DNA of 64,000 nucleotides from Candidatus Latescibacterota bacterium (GTDB taxonomy: Bacteria; Latescibacterota; UBA2968; GCA-2709665), in assembly GCA_965219455.1 (NCBI GenBank), contig OZ244744.1, forward strand, positions 2,144,001-2,208,000. Direction: 5' to 3'. The stretch's first letter is position 1. Each line of letters starts with the position of its first letter. Shown here in pieces: positions 10,331 to 22,007 of this stretch. The notes below the pieces were generated by a model that worked only from the letters and a program-made list of their open reading frames with translations, was not told the origin of the DNA and did no database searches. Position numbers and translations under genes: made by a program.

Positions 10331-11293
10331 TTGCCCCACGTCACGTACGCCCAGGCCATTAATGACGCCATTCGAGAAGAGATCGCCCGCGACGAGCGTG
10401 TCTTCACCATCGGTGAGGATATCGGTCCGGTCCGCGATGCTGAAAAACTCTGGGACCAGTTCCGCGAGCGCCGCACGTGGCAGACCCCTATTTCCGAATC
10501 GGGCTTTGTCGGATTGGCGGTAGGCGCCGCCATAACCGGCCTGCGTCCGGTCGCCGTCATCATGTATTGTGACTTTGTCACCGTCTGCATGGACCCCATT
10601 GTCAACCAGGCTGCCAAAATCCATCTGATGTCGGGGGGCAACGTCAATGTCCCGCTCGTGATCCGTACTCCTGGCGGGGCAGGCACGCGGGAGGCCGGTC
10701 ATCACAGCCAGAGCCTTGAGAGTTGGTTCGTGCATACTCCGGGACTGAAAGTAGTAATGCCGGCCACGGCCGCCGACGCCAAGGGCCTGATGAAATCCGG
10801 CATCCGCGACGACGGCCCGGTTGTTTTCATCCAGCACCGGCTGCTGGGCGAAATCGAGCAGGCCGTGCCGGAAGGCGATCACGTCGTTCCCCTGGGCGTC
10901 GCGGACGTAAAACGCAAAGGCGTCGATGTTACCGTTGTCGCCGTCTCCTACGCGTTGCCGAAGACACTTCAAGCGGCTGAATTCCTGGAATCGGACATCA
11001 GCGTCGAGGTGATAGACCCCCGTACGCTCGTCCCTCTCGACGTGGACACCATCCTTCGCTCGGTGAAAAAAACCGGCCGCCTCCTGGTCGTGCACGAAGC
11101 GCCCGCACGAGGGGGTGTCGGTGCGGAAGTTGTCCGCCAGGTTGCCGAACGGGGTTTTGAACACCTTCGCAAACCCCCAAAGGTTCTCGGCGGCCTGAAT
11201 ACGCCAATGCCGTACAGCGCCTCGCTTGAAGATGCCTGTTTACCTCAGCCTGAGGACATCGCCAACACCATCAGAAATTGCGTCCGCGGCTAG
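10331..11293 (+). CDS. TPP-dependent dehydrogenase E1 beta subunit
   Basis: GEDIG, TPISESGFVG, HHSQSLE, EVIDPRTLVPLD. TTG start after GGAG. Confidence 0.9.
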   Translation: MPHVTYAQAINDAIREEIARDERVFTIGEDIGPVRDAEKLWDQFRERRTWQTPISESGFVGLAVGAAITGLRPVAVIMYCDFVTVCMDPIVNQAAKIHLMSGGNVNVPLVIRTPGGAGTREAGHHSQSLESWFVHTPGLKVVMPATAADAKGLMKSGIRDDGPVVFIQHRLLGEIEQAVPEGDHVVPLGVADVKRKGVDVTVVAVSYALPKTLQAAEFLESDISVEVIDPRTLVPLDVDTILRSVKKTGRLLVVHEAPARGGVGAEVVRQVAERGFEHLRKPPKVLGGLNTPMPYSASLEDACLPQPEDIANTIRNCVRG

Positions 11294-11324
11294 ACTGGCG
11301 CGGCTTCGAGATGCTCAACCCTCC

Positions 11325-11542
11325 TGCGCCCACACGCTGGCGAAGCGCTTGTAAAGGTGGGGCAGACATTCCTGTCTGCCCGCCTCGTTGGTCCTTCTGT
11401 GGGATTGGAGACAGAAGGTTAGTTTACTCCGCCGCAGGTCTATCCGCAAAATGCGTCCGTCGCCCGTGCGCCCACACTCTCAGGAAGCGCTTGTAAAGGT
11501 GGGGCAGACATTCCTGTCTGCCCGCCTCGTTGGTTCTTCTGT
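11325..11542. repeat. two ~76-bp direct repeats carrying a REP-like hairpin
   Basis: 11325-11400 and 11467-11542 are nearly identical; each contains GGGCAGACA-TTCC-TGTCTGCCC. Confidence 0.85.
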
Positions 11543-11924
11543 CATCCTGAGGAAGCCGCCAGGCTGACGAAGCATCTCCTGCAGCATTGGATGATGCCTG
11601 AGTGTCTCTCACCTGGCCCGGCTTGCCAGGCAGCACAACAACCCCCTTTTAGCCCACCGGCAACGGCTCGACAAGCCAAAGTCCGGGTGTGGCGATGATC
11701 GATTCCTGGTATCTGTAGGGGCGACCGGGAGAGAGGGCGAGTTCTACAGGGACGCGTTAGCGCTATTGCTTGAGGCTGAAGCAACTTAGATCAGAGTCGA
11801 AGAAACCTGCACCGGCAAGCCACGAGGCTCCTCGTGCTGGAGGGAGCTGGCCAACCTTCCTCAATGGGACAACTATTTCGTTGAGAAACAGACGGTCGCG
11901 AAATGACCGGGCGGCGTTTCGCAG

Positions 11925-12030
11925 GCGCGAATTTATCCAGGACTGGGTACTTTGACTGCCGCGCGGTGCAACGCCTTGAGGCGCTGCACGTCGTCGATAG
12001 TCTCAATCCGAGCGGCGTATGGTTGCAACG
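11925..12030 (-). pseudogene. short remnant resembling the C-terminus of an Rpn/YhgA-like protein
   Basis: Hand translation LQPYAARIETIDDVQRLKALHRAAVKVPS, then a frameshift to LDKF. No start codon; abuts the helD stop. Confidence 0.35.
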
Positions 12031-12034
12031 CAGG

Positions 12035-14953
12035 CTATTTACGTGTCCGTCCCTTTTTTTTGACAACTGTTGAACGCCCTGGCCGCTTTTCCAGGACATT
12101 CCGCGTATATTTGCAGTTGGGCCAATTCGAACAACCGATAAACAGTCCATATTTTCCACTCTTCTCCTGCAGCCATCCAAAGCACGTCGGACATCCCTCA
12201 ACGGCCTGCCGGCAGTCTCGGCAACGGTAGTTCCCATCAGCTTTCGCCAGTAATCCAGTCCTGCAATGGGGACACCCGGACTGTCGATACTCGCAATATG
12301 GCCAGTGCGAACAACCGTAGAATATCCCCCTGTCCTGAGCGCTACCTCTCCGCTGCAGCCTTCCATGGATGCATTTGGGGCACGGTACATCCCGTTTCGG
12401 TTGCTTTCCATGAACCTTTACGTCATAACCGTCCTTCATCAACTCCTCGACGAAAGCCGAAGGCGTTCCGATATCGACAACGAGATAGACGCCGCGCCTG
12501 GCGCGAGTGACCGCGACATAGAACAAGCGGCGCTCCTCGGCGTTTGGATATGCTTCCGGCGCAGCCAGAACGAGATCCAGTAGCGGGTCGTCATCGATCT
12601 CGGTGGGGAAGCCGTACTTTCCGGAGCATAGGTCGAGCACCACCACATAGTCGGCCTCAAGGCCTTTGGAGCCGTGGACAGTCATGAAAGAGAGTTGAAG
12701 ATTGAAATGTGCTCGCGCCAACGCGCCCATATTCTGAGGCCTGGTGTGCCTGTACCGGCCCAGCAGCAGAACCGTAGAGTACTCGTCGTCCTCGGCTGCA
12801 TGAGCGGCAATTGCGTTCAACGCCTCCGCCAGTGGATCGGGACACGTTTCTCGGGCGACCATTACATGCACGCATGGTTCGTCTGCATTGAAGATAGACG
12901 AAACACGCTTACGGATCTGTGCGGGATTGCTGAGCACGAATCGGGTTGCGAGATCGGCGATACGATCCGTGCATCTGAACGTTGTTTCCAGGTTGACTCG
13001 TTCGCTCTCGCCAAAGCGTGCCGTGAACTCTCGCATGATGGCGATGTCCGAACCCGCAAATCGGTAGATGGCCTGCCAATCGTCGCCGACCGCAAACAAC
13101 TGTGCGGTGTTCGATGTGTCCAGCAACGCCTTCAGCAGTCGCGCTCTCCCGGCCGAAATATCCTGAAACTCATCGACGAGTATGTAGCCAAACCGGTTGC
13201 GGTAACGCCCACTCTGCACGTGTTCCGTCGCGTTGGTGATCATGTCGTGGAAATCGATTTTCCGCAGCCGCGCAAGCGATTCCTGGTAACGCTCATATAC
13301 AGGAATGAAAACGGTCAGGAAAGCCTCGGCCCGAGGACGGTTTCGAGCCCTGGCAGCGCGACGGGTCACGTCGTTTGCCGACAGTTGCGCACCCTTGTAG
13401 TGATGGAGGAACGTCGCAACCAGACGCGTGAAAGGATCGATTCGACCTTGCTGTTCGAGGACGGAGAAGGTGTCCTGGGATGGGATCGGAGATAGCTTTA
13501 CCCCATGGACGGCCAGTTTTTCCGCCAGGTTCTCGGTCAGTCTGCCCGCATCCTTTTCGTGACTATAGGTCTCCACAAGAACCGTGCCATGTTCCGCATG
13601 CAGCCGTCTTTTCCAGTCCAATGACCTGAGATATTCGTCGCGATCGATAAAGGGAGGCGTATTATTCGATTCCGAGAGTGCAAAATGCTCAATGTATATC
13701 CCCGCGTCGGGGAGGTAGAAGTCGGGCCGGTATCGCCTCTTGTCCGACGCGGCGGTTTCGTGTTCGTAGTCGCGTTCGTACTCATAAGGCACGCCGTTGA
13801 GGTAAAGGAAGTTGGCAATCTCGCATTCTTCGAAACTCTTGAGCTTCTCGCCTTGCAGGGACCGGACCCCGTTGTCCCGGAGATAAGCCCAATACTCTCC
13901 CTGAGTCTGGAATTCGAACTCGCTTCGGTACGGAGCAAAATGCCCTGCGAACCATCTGAGCATGACCCCGGCGAACCTGGGATCGGCGACGAGGTCGCCA
14001 ATGATGCACTTCAGCAGGTCGAACAGGGCTTGTTCATCTACCGCAGCCTTGGCCACGGCCGGGCGTCTGCGTTCCACCTCGCTGATGATCGACATGCCCA
14101 GGCTGTGGAATGTTCGAACCGTGAGTTCGGCGCCCAACTGTACGCCAAGGCGTTTCCGGACCCTTTCCTTCATTTCTTCCTGGGCATCTTTGGCAAATGC
14201 AAGCAGAAGCAGTTCCGATGGGCGCCGGTAACCCTTATGAATAAGCCAGCCGGCCTTGGCAACGATGACTGACGTCTTGCCGCTTCCGGCGGCTGCAACG
14301 ACCAGGTTGCGGTCTTCATCGACGACAACCGCTCTCCGCTGCTCGTCCGTGAGCGGCCTCGCCTCGATCCTTTCGAAGAAATCCCTGGATCGCACCAGTT
14401 CGTTGGCCACAAACGTTTCGCAGGCTCTCGCCCGACAAACTTCGGAATCATCCGCGAAGTCCTGAATCGCCTTCAGCATTCGGATTTCTGCGATGTCGGA
14501 TAGTTGTTCGGGCCACTGAGAGGGGAACCGGGCGACCACGGCTTTTGCATCTTGCTCGATTGGGGAAAAGACAGTACGCGCCACATACCGCGGCGGGTCG
14601 GTAAACTGCGCCAGGCGGTCGTAAACGGATTGAATCGTTCCGACATGTGTATCCTCCAGGGCGTCTCGCCACCAGTCGACTCTCCCGCGTATAAGTGCGT
14701 CGCTGAACAACTCAGCGTCCGGCTTCGACAGTCCGGATACCGTTACATTGCCAGAGACGAAACGTACTTGCAATCCTCCCCAGAACCACCCGTGCGCCAC
14801 CTCCGCGGTCTCGATTTCCCGAAAGGGGATAACCATCGACCTGGACGGGTGTTCCAGAATCAATGTTGCACTGTTCAACGTGACCGCTCTGGCATGTCCC
14901 GGACGAAGGATCGGGAACACGTACGAGGCCAGGCCGGATCGTCCGACGCGCAT
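12035..14953 (-). CDS. helD: DNA helicase IV (UvrD family) with an internal PD-(D/E)xK-like insert and C-terminal topoisomerase-type Zn ribbons
   Basis: AAAGSGKT, LVDEFQD, GDDWQAIY, TVHGSKGLEAD, EERRLFYVAVTRAR; C-terminal CPKC..GCSHWPYC and CPTC..GCSNWPNC. Start placed at ATG 14953 after AGGGG. Confidence 0.85.
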   Translation of the reverse strand: MRVGRSGLASYVFPILRPGHARAVTLNSATLILEHPSRSMVIPFREIETAEVAHGWFWGGLQVRFVSGNVTVSGLSKPDAELFSDALIRGRVDWWRDALEDTHVGTIQSVYDRLAQFTDPPRYVARTVFSPIEQDAKAVVARFPSQWPEQLSDIAEIRMLKAIQDFADDSEVCRARACETFVANELVRSRDFFERIEARPLTDEQRRAVVVDEDRNLVVAAAGSGKTSVIVAKAGWLIHKGYRRPSELLLLAFAKDAQEEMKERVRKRLGVQLGAELTVRTFHSLGMSIISEVERRRPAVAKAAVDEQALFDLLKCIIGDLVADPRFAGVMLRWFAGHFAPYRSEFEFQTQGEYWAYLRDNGVRSLQGEKLKSFEECEIANFLYLNGVPYEYERDYEHETAASDKRRYRPDFYLPDAGIYIEHFALSESNNTPPFIDRDEYLRSLDWKRRLHAEHGTVLVETYSHEKDAGRLTENLAEKLAVHGVKLSPIPSQDTFSVLEQQGRIDPFTRLVATFLHHYKGAQLSANDVTRRAARARNRPRAEAFLTVFIPVYERYQESLARLRKIDFHDMITNATEHVQSGRYRNRFGYILVDEFQDISAGRARLLKALLDTSNTAQLFAVGDDWQAIYRFAGSDIAIMREFTARFGESERVNLETTFRCTDRIADLATRFVLSNPAQIRKRVSSIFNADEPCVHVMVARETCPDPLAEALNAIAAHAAEDDEYSTVLLLGRYRHTRPQNMGALARAHFNLQLSFMTVHGSKGLEADYVVVLDLCSGKYGFPTEIDDDPLLDLVLAAPEAYPNAEERRLFYVAVTRARRGVYLVVDIGTPSAFVEELMKDGYDVKVHGKQPKRDVPCPKCIHGRLQRRGSAQDRGIFYGCSHWPYCEYRQSGCPHCRTGLLAKADGNYRCRDCRQAVEGCPTCFGWLQEKSGKYGLFIGCSNWPNCKYTRNVLEKRPGRSTVVKKKGRTRK

Positions 14954-15513
14954 AGATCCCCTGGGGCCCGAATTACGACTGTGTGCACGGGCCAAGTCTG
15001 TCTTCCACACATGCGAAGTACATTAGTTGACACGGTAAGCGTGGCCTTCAGGCACACTTGAATATTGCCCGGTAGCCTATCCGTTTCAAGCTGGGCTTTT
15101 TTATCCTGCAAACCGTATGCCAGGCCGATCGGGTAACGACTGTAAAACCAGTCGTGCAGGCGGTCGCTGCGCGGGCGCTGGCCTCCGCCTCATCGGCTGC
15201 CGCGCCCGCGTCAATTTCCACCCCGAAGGGAGTTGTAAGGCATTCCAACATGAATTCCGCCTTTGTTTTCCATTGACACTCTCCCCCCATTGCGCTTTCT
15301 TTCGCCTTCCGTAACGCCGTCTTTCGTTTTCGGCCGAATGGCGGGTTCGTCGTTCCCCAATGTCTCTGGGCGTATGGCCTGTCTCGTTCGAAAACTTTGC
15401 ATTTCATTACAATACAGCGTTGTCCTGAATAAGCAGAACTCCAACCCCGAATTAACAAATCACGCGTAGACCGCCCCCCATGGGGTTTTCTATTTTGATG
15501 GAGAGGCCAGCCA

Positions 15514-16314
15514 ATGGAAACCGTACGCGACAGGCTCTGGATCTTCACCTGTGTGGCCGGATCGGACAACGACTCTCTCACCCAGGCCGGGTACCCGCAA
15601 GGGTCGCGCATGACACCGGCCGAAGGCGCATTATTTCTGGATGTCCCCAACCTCCATATGATCCGGTGGCGCGGTCTGCCCGCGTATCCGTACGAGCAGT
15701 ATGCCGTTACCTTTTCCTCGCTGAAGCAGGTCACCTGGTCCATCGTGGGCAGCGGCGGCCAGGTGGAAGGAGATGAACTGCAGAGGGTTCTCGATCTTGC
15801 CGGGAGGCATCCCAACGTCACCGGCGTCTATCTGGACGACTTCATGAGAAAGGAAGGCCGAGGCGCCCTCAGCGTGGATGACCTGGCCAACATACGTCCG
15901 AGATTAAACATTTCCGGCAGAAGGCTGGACCTCTGGGTTGTCCTGTACGTCAAGCAACTCGACCTTCCCGTTGCCCCCTACCTCGAATACTGCGACGTGG
16001 TCAATCTCTGGACCTGGAACTCCGAAGACCTGGAAAACCTGGAACAGAACCTGGAACGCCTCGAAGCGGTGAATCCCGGCGGCCGCGTTTCCCTGGGGTG
16101 TTATCTCTGGGACTTCCACAACCAGCGCTCGGTTTCCATCCCGCAAATGGAGCACCAGTGTGACCTTGGTCTCCGGTGGCTGCGGGAAGGCCGTATCGAA
16201 AGCATCGTTTTTCTCGCCAACACCACCTGCGACATCGGTATCGAGTCCGCCCCGTGGGCGCAGGCGTGGACCAGGAAGGTCGGTGATATACCGCTTGACG
16301 CTGTCAAGGGGTGA
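15514..16314 (+). CDS. conserved hypothetical protein (possible TIM-barrel)
   Basis: GGAGAGG RBS, host-like codon usage, GVYLDDF motif; function not assignable. Confidence 0.7.
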   Translation: METVRDRLWIFTCVAGSDNDSLTQAGYPQGSRMTPAEGALFLDVPNLHMIRWRGLPAYPYEQYAVTFSSLKQVTWSIVGSGGQVEGDELQRVLDLAGRHPNVTGVYLDDFMRKEGRGALSVDDLANIRPRLNISGRRLDLWVVLYVKQLDLPVAPYLEYCDVVNLWTWNSEDLENLEQNLERLEAVNPGGRVSLGCYLWDFHNQRSVSIPQMEHQCDLGLRWLREGRIESIVFLANTTCDIGIESAPWAQAWTRKVGDIPLDAVKG

Positions 16315-16481
16315 ACCGGACACGCGGTACAATAGCCACAAAGGACACAGAACGTACATAGCAGTTCGGAAACGACCGCAATCGGGTCGCAAGTTTTGTG
16401 GTTTATCGGGCAGGGCATGCTTGAGTCTTGCATTTTCGGATGCGGCTGGGCAAAGCGAAGCTACGTGAGGAGACGACCAAT

Positions 16482-17750
16482 ATGGAGAACCGGGAAGGGA
16501 TCGGAAACAACCTCGACACGAGTATCTACATACGGAGCGACGGCCTTCATGCGTTTTACGCATCAGGACAGACGTATATGGGCGCGACCGGCGAACGCAT
16601 CGTTGAAACGGTGACCTCCGAATGCCTCCAGTGGGTGACTCACGATGATGGACGCACGACGCTGGATGCCTGTTACGACGGCACCTGGCTCAGGTTATCG
16701 GAAGACAGCGGATCACACTGGACGGACTGGGGGCCGAGGGTACGCTTCGACATCGGGATCGCGGACGAGCAACTGATGCCGGCGGGATTCAGCCTGGACA
16801 GGAATAACGACACCCTGGTGCAGTTCTACCGGGGGCAGAAGGCCGATAAGAGTTGTTACGGCTACATCAACCAGGGCGCCTATCGGGCGTATTACAGCGT
16901 CTCCGGCGACCAGGGAAGAACCTGGAGCGATCCCGAGCAGATCATCGCCCGGGGTGACGGTTTTGAAGCGGAACGCTGGGGTCCCGGCTTCGAGTATGGC
17001 GTCCGAGGCGGGATCCTCAACGGGAACCACTGCGTCTGGCTGGAGGACGGGTCGGTACTGGCGCCCTTCACGGAATACGAACGATTGGACGGTACCAGAC
17101 CCTGGTGCTTCAGGGTGGTCTGCGCAAGGGGAAATTGGAAGGACGATATGAGCGGGCTTGACTGGGAGTTTGGGGACTTTATCGAGGTACCGTTTGAGAA
17201 ATCCGGCATCGGATGCTGCGAGCCCTCAATCACGGCCTTGGAATCGGGTGCGCTGTTCGTCACGATGAGGTGTCAGGGGAACGAGGCCCAGGGCTTCTAT
17301 TCCATACCCTATACCGCCGTTTCGGAGGATGGCGGAATGAGCTGGACGCAGCCGGAGCCTCTGACCTATGATGACGGCACGAACGTATGGACGCCCGCCT
17401 CGTGTACAGCCTTTTATGATTCCTCAGTGACGGGCAAGACCTACTGGATTGCCAATATCCTGGACGGCCCCGTCTACGGGCAGATTCCTCGATATCCGCT
17501 GAATATTTCCGAATTCGACACGGTCAACGCGTGCATCGTGAAGAACTCGGTCCGGCTCATTCAGGACCGGCCCGACGACGCGCACGAAAACGTAAGATAT
17601 ACCAACTTCGGGTGGTATGAAGACAGAAGATCAGGAAAACTGATTATCACGCTTCCCGAGCAGTATCGCAGCATGGGTTGGGACGACATGGAAAAGCCGG
17701 AGGACTTCGCGGCGGATTGCATCAAATACACGGTAGATTTGGAAGAGTAG
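16482..17750 (+). CDS. sialidase/BNR (Asp-box) family protein
   Basis: Asp-boxes SEDSGSHW, SGDQGRTW, SEDGGMSW; CEP; GAGGAG RBS before ATG 16482. Confidence 0.8.
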   Translation: MENREGIGNNLDTSIYIRSDGLHAFYASGQTYMGATGERIVETVTSECLQWVTHDDGRTTLDACYDGTWLRLSEDSGSHWTDWGPRVRFDIGIADEQLMPAGFSLDRNNDTLVQFYRGQKADKSCYGYINQGAYRAYYSVSGDQGRTWSDPEQIIARGDGFEAERWGPGFEYGVRGGILNGNHCVWLEDGSVLAPFTEYERLDGTRPWCFRVVCARGNWKDDMSGLDWEFGDFIEVPFEKSGIGCCEPSITALESGALFVTMRCQGNEAQGFYSIPYTAVSEDGGMSWTQPEPLTYDDGTNVWTPASCTAFYDSSVTGKTYWIANILDGPVYGQIPRYPLNISEFDTVNACIVKNSVRLIQDRPDDAHENVRYTNFGWYEDRRSGKLIITLPEQYRSMGWDDMEKPEDFAADCIKYTVDLEE

Positions 17751-17785
17751 TAATTTAAATTATGCCATTCATGAACAACAACTTA

Positions 17786-19764
<1,979 letters not shown>

Positions 19765-19817
19765 CATGGATGCACAGGATAGACAGGATAAAATCTCAAT
19801 CGCCGTAACGATGTGTC

Positions 19818-20075
19818 TTGTTTAGAGTTGCTGCAATCATTGGTGGCTTGATTGGGTCGATCAGTGACATTCGATTCGTGCGTAATCTCCTGCTCGCGAT
19901 CCTGTGCGTTGTAGGTTGTATGGCTGGGCTTATCGTTCTTCAGGGGTGGCATCTGGGAATGGATGTGACAGTCAAGGGGCATGGTTGCGTCCAGCCGATC
20001 GTAACGTTTAAACCTCGACGCCCCGGATTGATCAAGAAGGTTCTCGTCGAGCACGGGCAAGACGTCAGACGTTAA
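19818..20075 (+). pseudogene. truncated HlyD-family membrane-fusion protein (N-terminal fragment)
   Basis: TM segment followed by DVTVKGHGCVQP..PGLIKKVLVEHGQDVR, then a stop where the lipoyl-like half-motif should continue. Confidence 0.55.
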
Positions 20076-20150
20076 GCGCAATTGTCCGGAAGACAACCGT
20101 TCTTCCGGATACCGACAAGCCCCTGGGCAGTTGGATTTTAGCCCAGGTGC

Positions 20151-21854
20151 CTATTCTTCGTCCTTAAACCTTCGGTACATAAATCGTAAAGCCTCTCTCG
20201 CCTTCTCACGGACCGGATAAGGGTCTCCGCGATAATATCCGTCGTGTTGGCTTATAGAGTCCAGTAGAGCATATACGAATGAGTCATTGATATATCTCAA
20301 AGCCGTGATTGCGTCAATTCGATAATGATGAAATTCTGAATGAGCGAATTCTACAAGGGCTGTTTTGAGACGTTCTTGCTTTTCGTTGTCGCGCAAAAAC
20401 GGTTGGTTGGCGTTCAACATTGCCTCGAATACTTTCGCGGCTTCTTTTTGGACGTGAGGTTTACGAGTATCACGGAGTATATACAGAAGCGGTTCGAACG
20501 AAGGTTCTCCAATATCCATTAAACCTTGTACTGCTGGCTTCATTGAGATATTCTGAATAAAGAATGGAACAAAACGAGGGTCTTTCTGCCAACCGGTCAT
20601 TAGCAGTAATTTCCATTCAATCAAACCTTCGTGATCTTGAAATTTCAGTTTTTCGCCAGTCTCACTGTCTGTGATGTCACCGGTAACAGGGTCTACATCC
20701 AGAAAATAGCGATCGATGATATAGAGTAGCATCGTGCGGGCATTTTCTGGCCAGGGCTCCCGTGGTAAGCGATACAGGCGATATACCATACTTTCCATAA
20801 CCAGAATATTCCCTTTAATGAGATCCTCGGCCCACTCAGCATATTCTGAATCCATAGGGAATTCATTGCCGATTGTTTCTACTTCATCGTAAATATTGAT
20901 CGATCGGGCATAGCTGTGCAAATAAGTGATCTCATGCACTATTATCATTTTGTTTCGATAGGTATCGATCGAAATTGGATTCCAGTATTTGGGATCCATA
21001 AAACCTATGTCCAATGGTTCCCGCTGTATAAATCCGTGCTCCGCAAAGGTGATTGCTGTCACGCGTCTCGGTTCCTCGGTTAATTCAAGGATTCGTCCTT
21101 TGTGGTCAACTGTTATTTGAGAATGTTCTTCTTGTCGGCGGATAGTTCTCGAAGGACTATTGGGTGTTACGCTGAGGACTTCAAAGTCATGAACTTTAAT
21201 ATCCCAATTCTGGCCAAAGGTGCTTATAAGGATTTCGTCATTACCATCTTTGTCTACATCACCGAGGTTTAACCCACCCCAGTAGATTCCGGATTGATTT
21301 GACAATTGCGTGACCGTGATTGCGAAATCTTCGGTAATATTCGACCATCGGCCGATCTTTAATGTGGCTTTATTAATGCCATCATTTTCGGCAAAAACAA
21401 CCTCGTCCTGACCATCACCATTAATGTCACCCATTGCCAGGAGACCGATCACGTTATCACGAGGAATCAATAACTTCTGGTATTCATATTTCCCCTTACT
21501 TAAGTAAATTCCAAGTAGATATTGCGTTGTTTTCATATCCTTAAGCCCAAATCCTGCGACCACGAAATCTAACTGGCCGTCTCCATTTAAGTCGCCGGTA
21601 TCAAAACTACGGGCCGCAACAAATGTCTCGTGATCTTCCCAGACTTTCTCTACTCTACTATGTGGTTTAAATGCATTAAACAGCGCCAATCTTGTCGGCC
21701 AGAAACAAATCAACCTTACTGTGTCAGGATCTATAATCTCGATAGTTGCTTTATCTGTTCCGTCGAATTCGTACCATCTGAAAAACCTTGAGTCAGCAAA
21801 TAAGGGTTGTGTGAGAATCAATAAAGTGACAGAAATTATGAGTGAATTATTCAT
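20151..21854 (-). CDS. secreted FG-GAP/VCBS-repeat protein with a C-terminal HEAT-like domain
   Basis: Signal MNNSLIISVTLLILTQPLFA; GDLNGDGQLDFVV, GDINGDGQDEVVF, GDVDKDGNDEILI; C-terminal VREKAREAL. Visibly AT-rich. Confidence 0.8.
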   Translation of the reverse strand: MNNSLIISVTLLILTQPLFADSRFFRWYEFDGTDKATIEIIDPDTVRLICFWPTRLALFNAFKPHSRVEKVWEDHETFVAARSFDTGDLNGDGQLDFVVAGFGLKDMKTTQYLLGIYLSKGKYEYQKLLIPRDNVIGLLAMGDINGDGQDEVVFAENDGINKATLKIGRWSNITEDFAITVTQLSNQSGIYWGGLNLGDVDKDGNDEILISTFGQNWDIKVHDFEVLSVTPNSPSRTIRRQEEHSQITVDHKGRILELTEEPRRVTAITFAEHGFIQREPLDIGFMDPKYWNPISIDTYRNKMIIVHEITYLHSYARSINIYDEVETIGNEFPMDSEYAEWAEDLIKGNILVMESMVYRLYRLPREPWPENARTMLLYIIDRYFLDVDPVTGDITDSETGEKLKFQDHEGLIEWKLLLMTGWQKDPRFVPFFIQNISMKPAVQGLMDIGEPSFEPLLYILRDTRKPHVQKEAAKVFEAMLNANQPFLRDNEKQERLKTALVEFAHSEFHHYRIDAITALRYINDSFVYALLDSISQHDGYYRGDPYPVREKAREALRFMYRRFKDEE

Positions 21855-22007
21855 AGTGGCCTGACTGCTGTCGGAATGTCGATTGGCAGAGAATTCTGGA
21901 CTTGAACATAGCGTTGGATTCTGAAATAACACCGGCGATTAAGACCCCCCTACGTGCCAATGGAGTGAGACGATGTTCCCTGCAAGTTTAGGGCGTCCGC
22001 AAAAATA

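Noticed and set aside
15060-15480. tmRNA or riboswitch in the helD upstream region
   Set aside because: No tRNA-like ends, tag peptide or recognisable aptamer core; more likely a degraded gene remnant.
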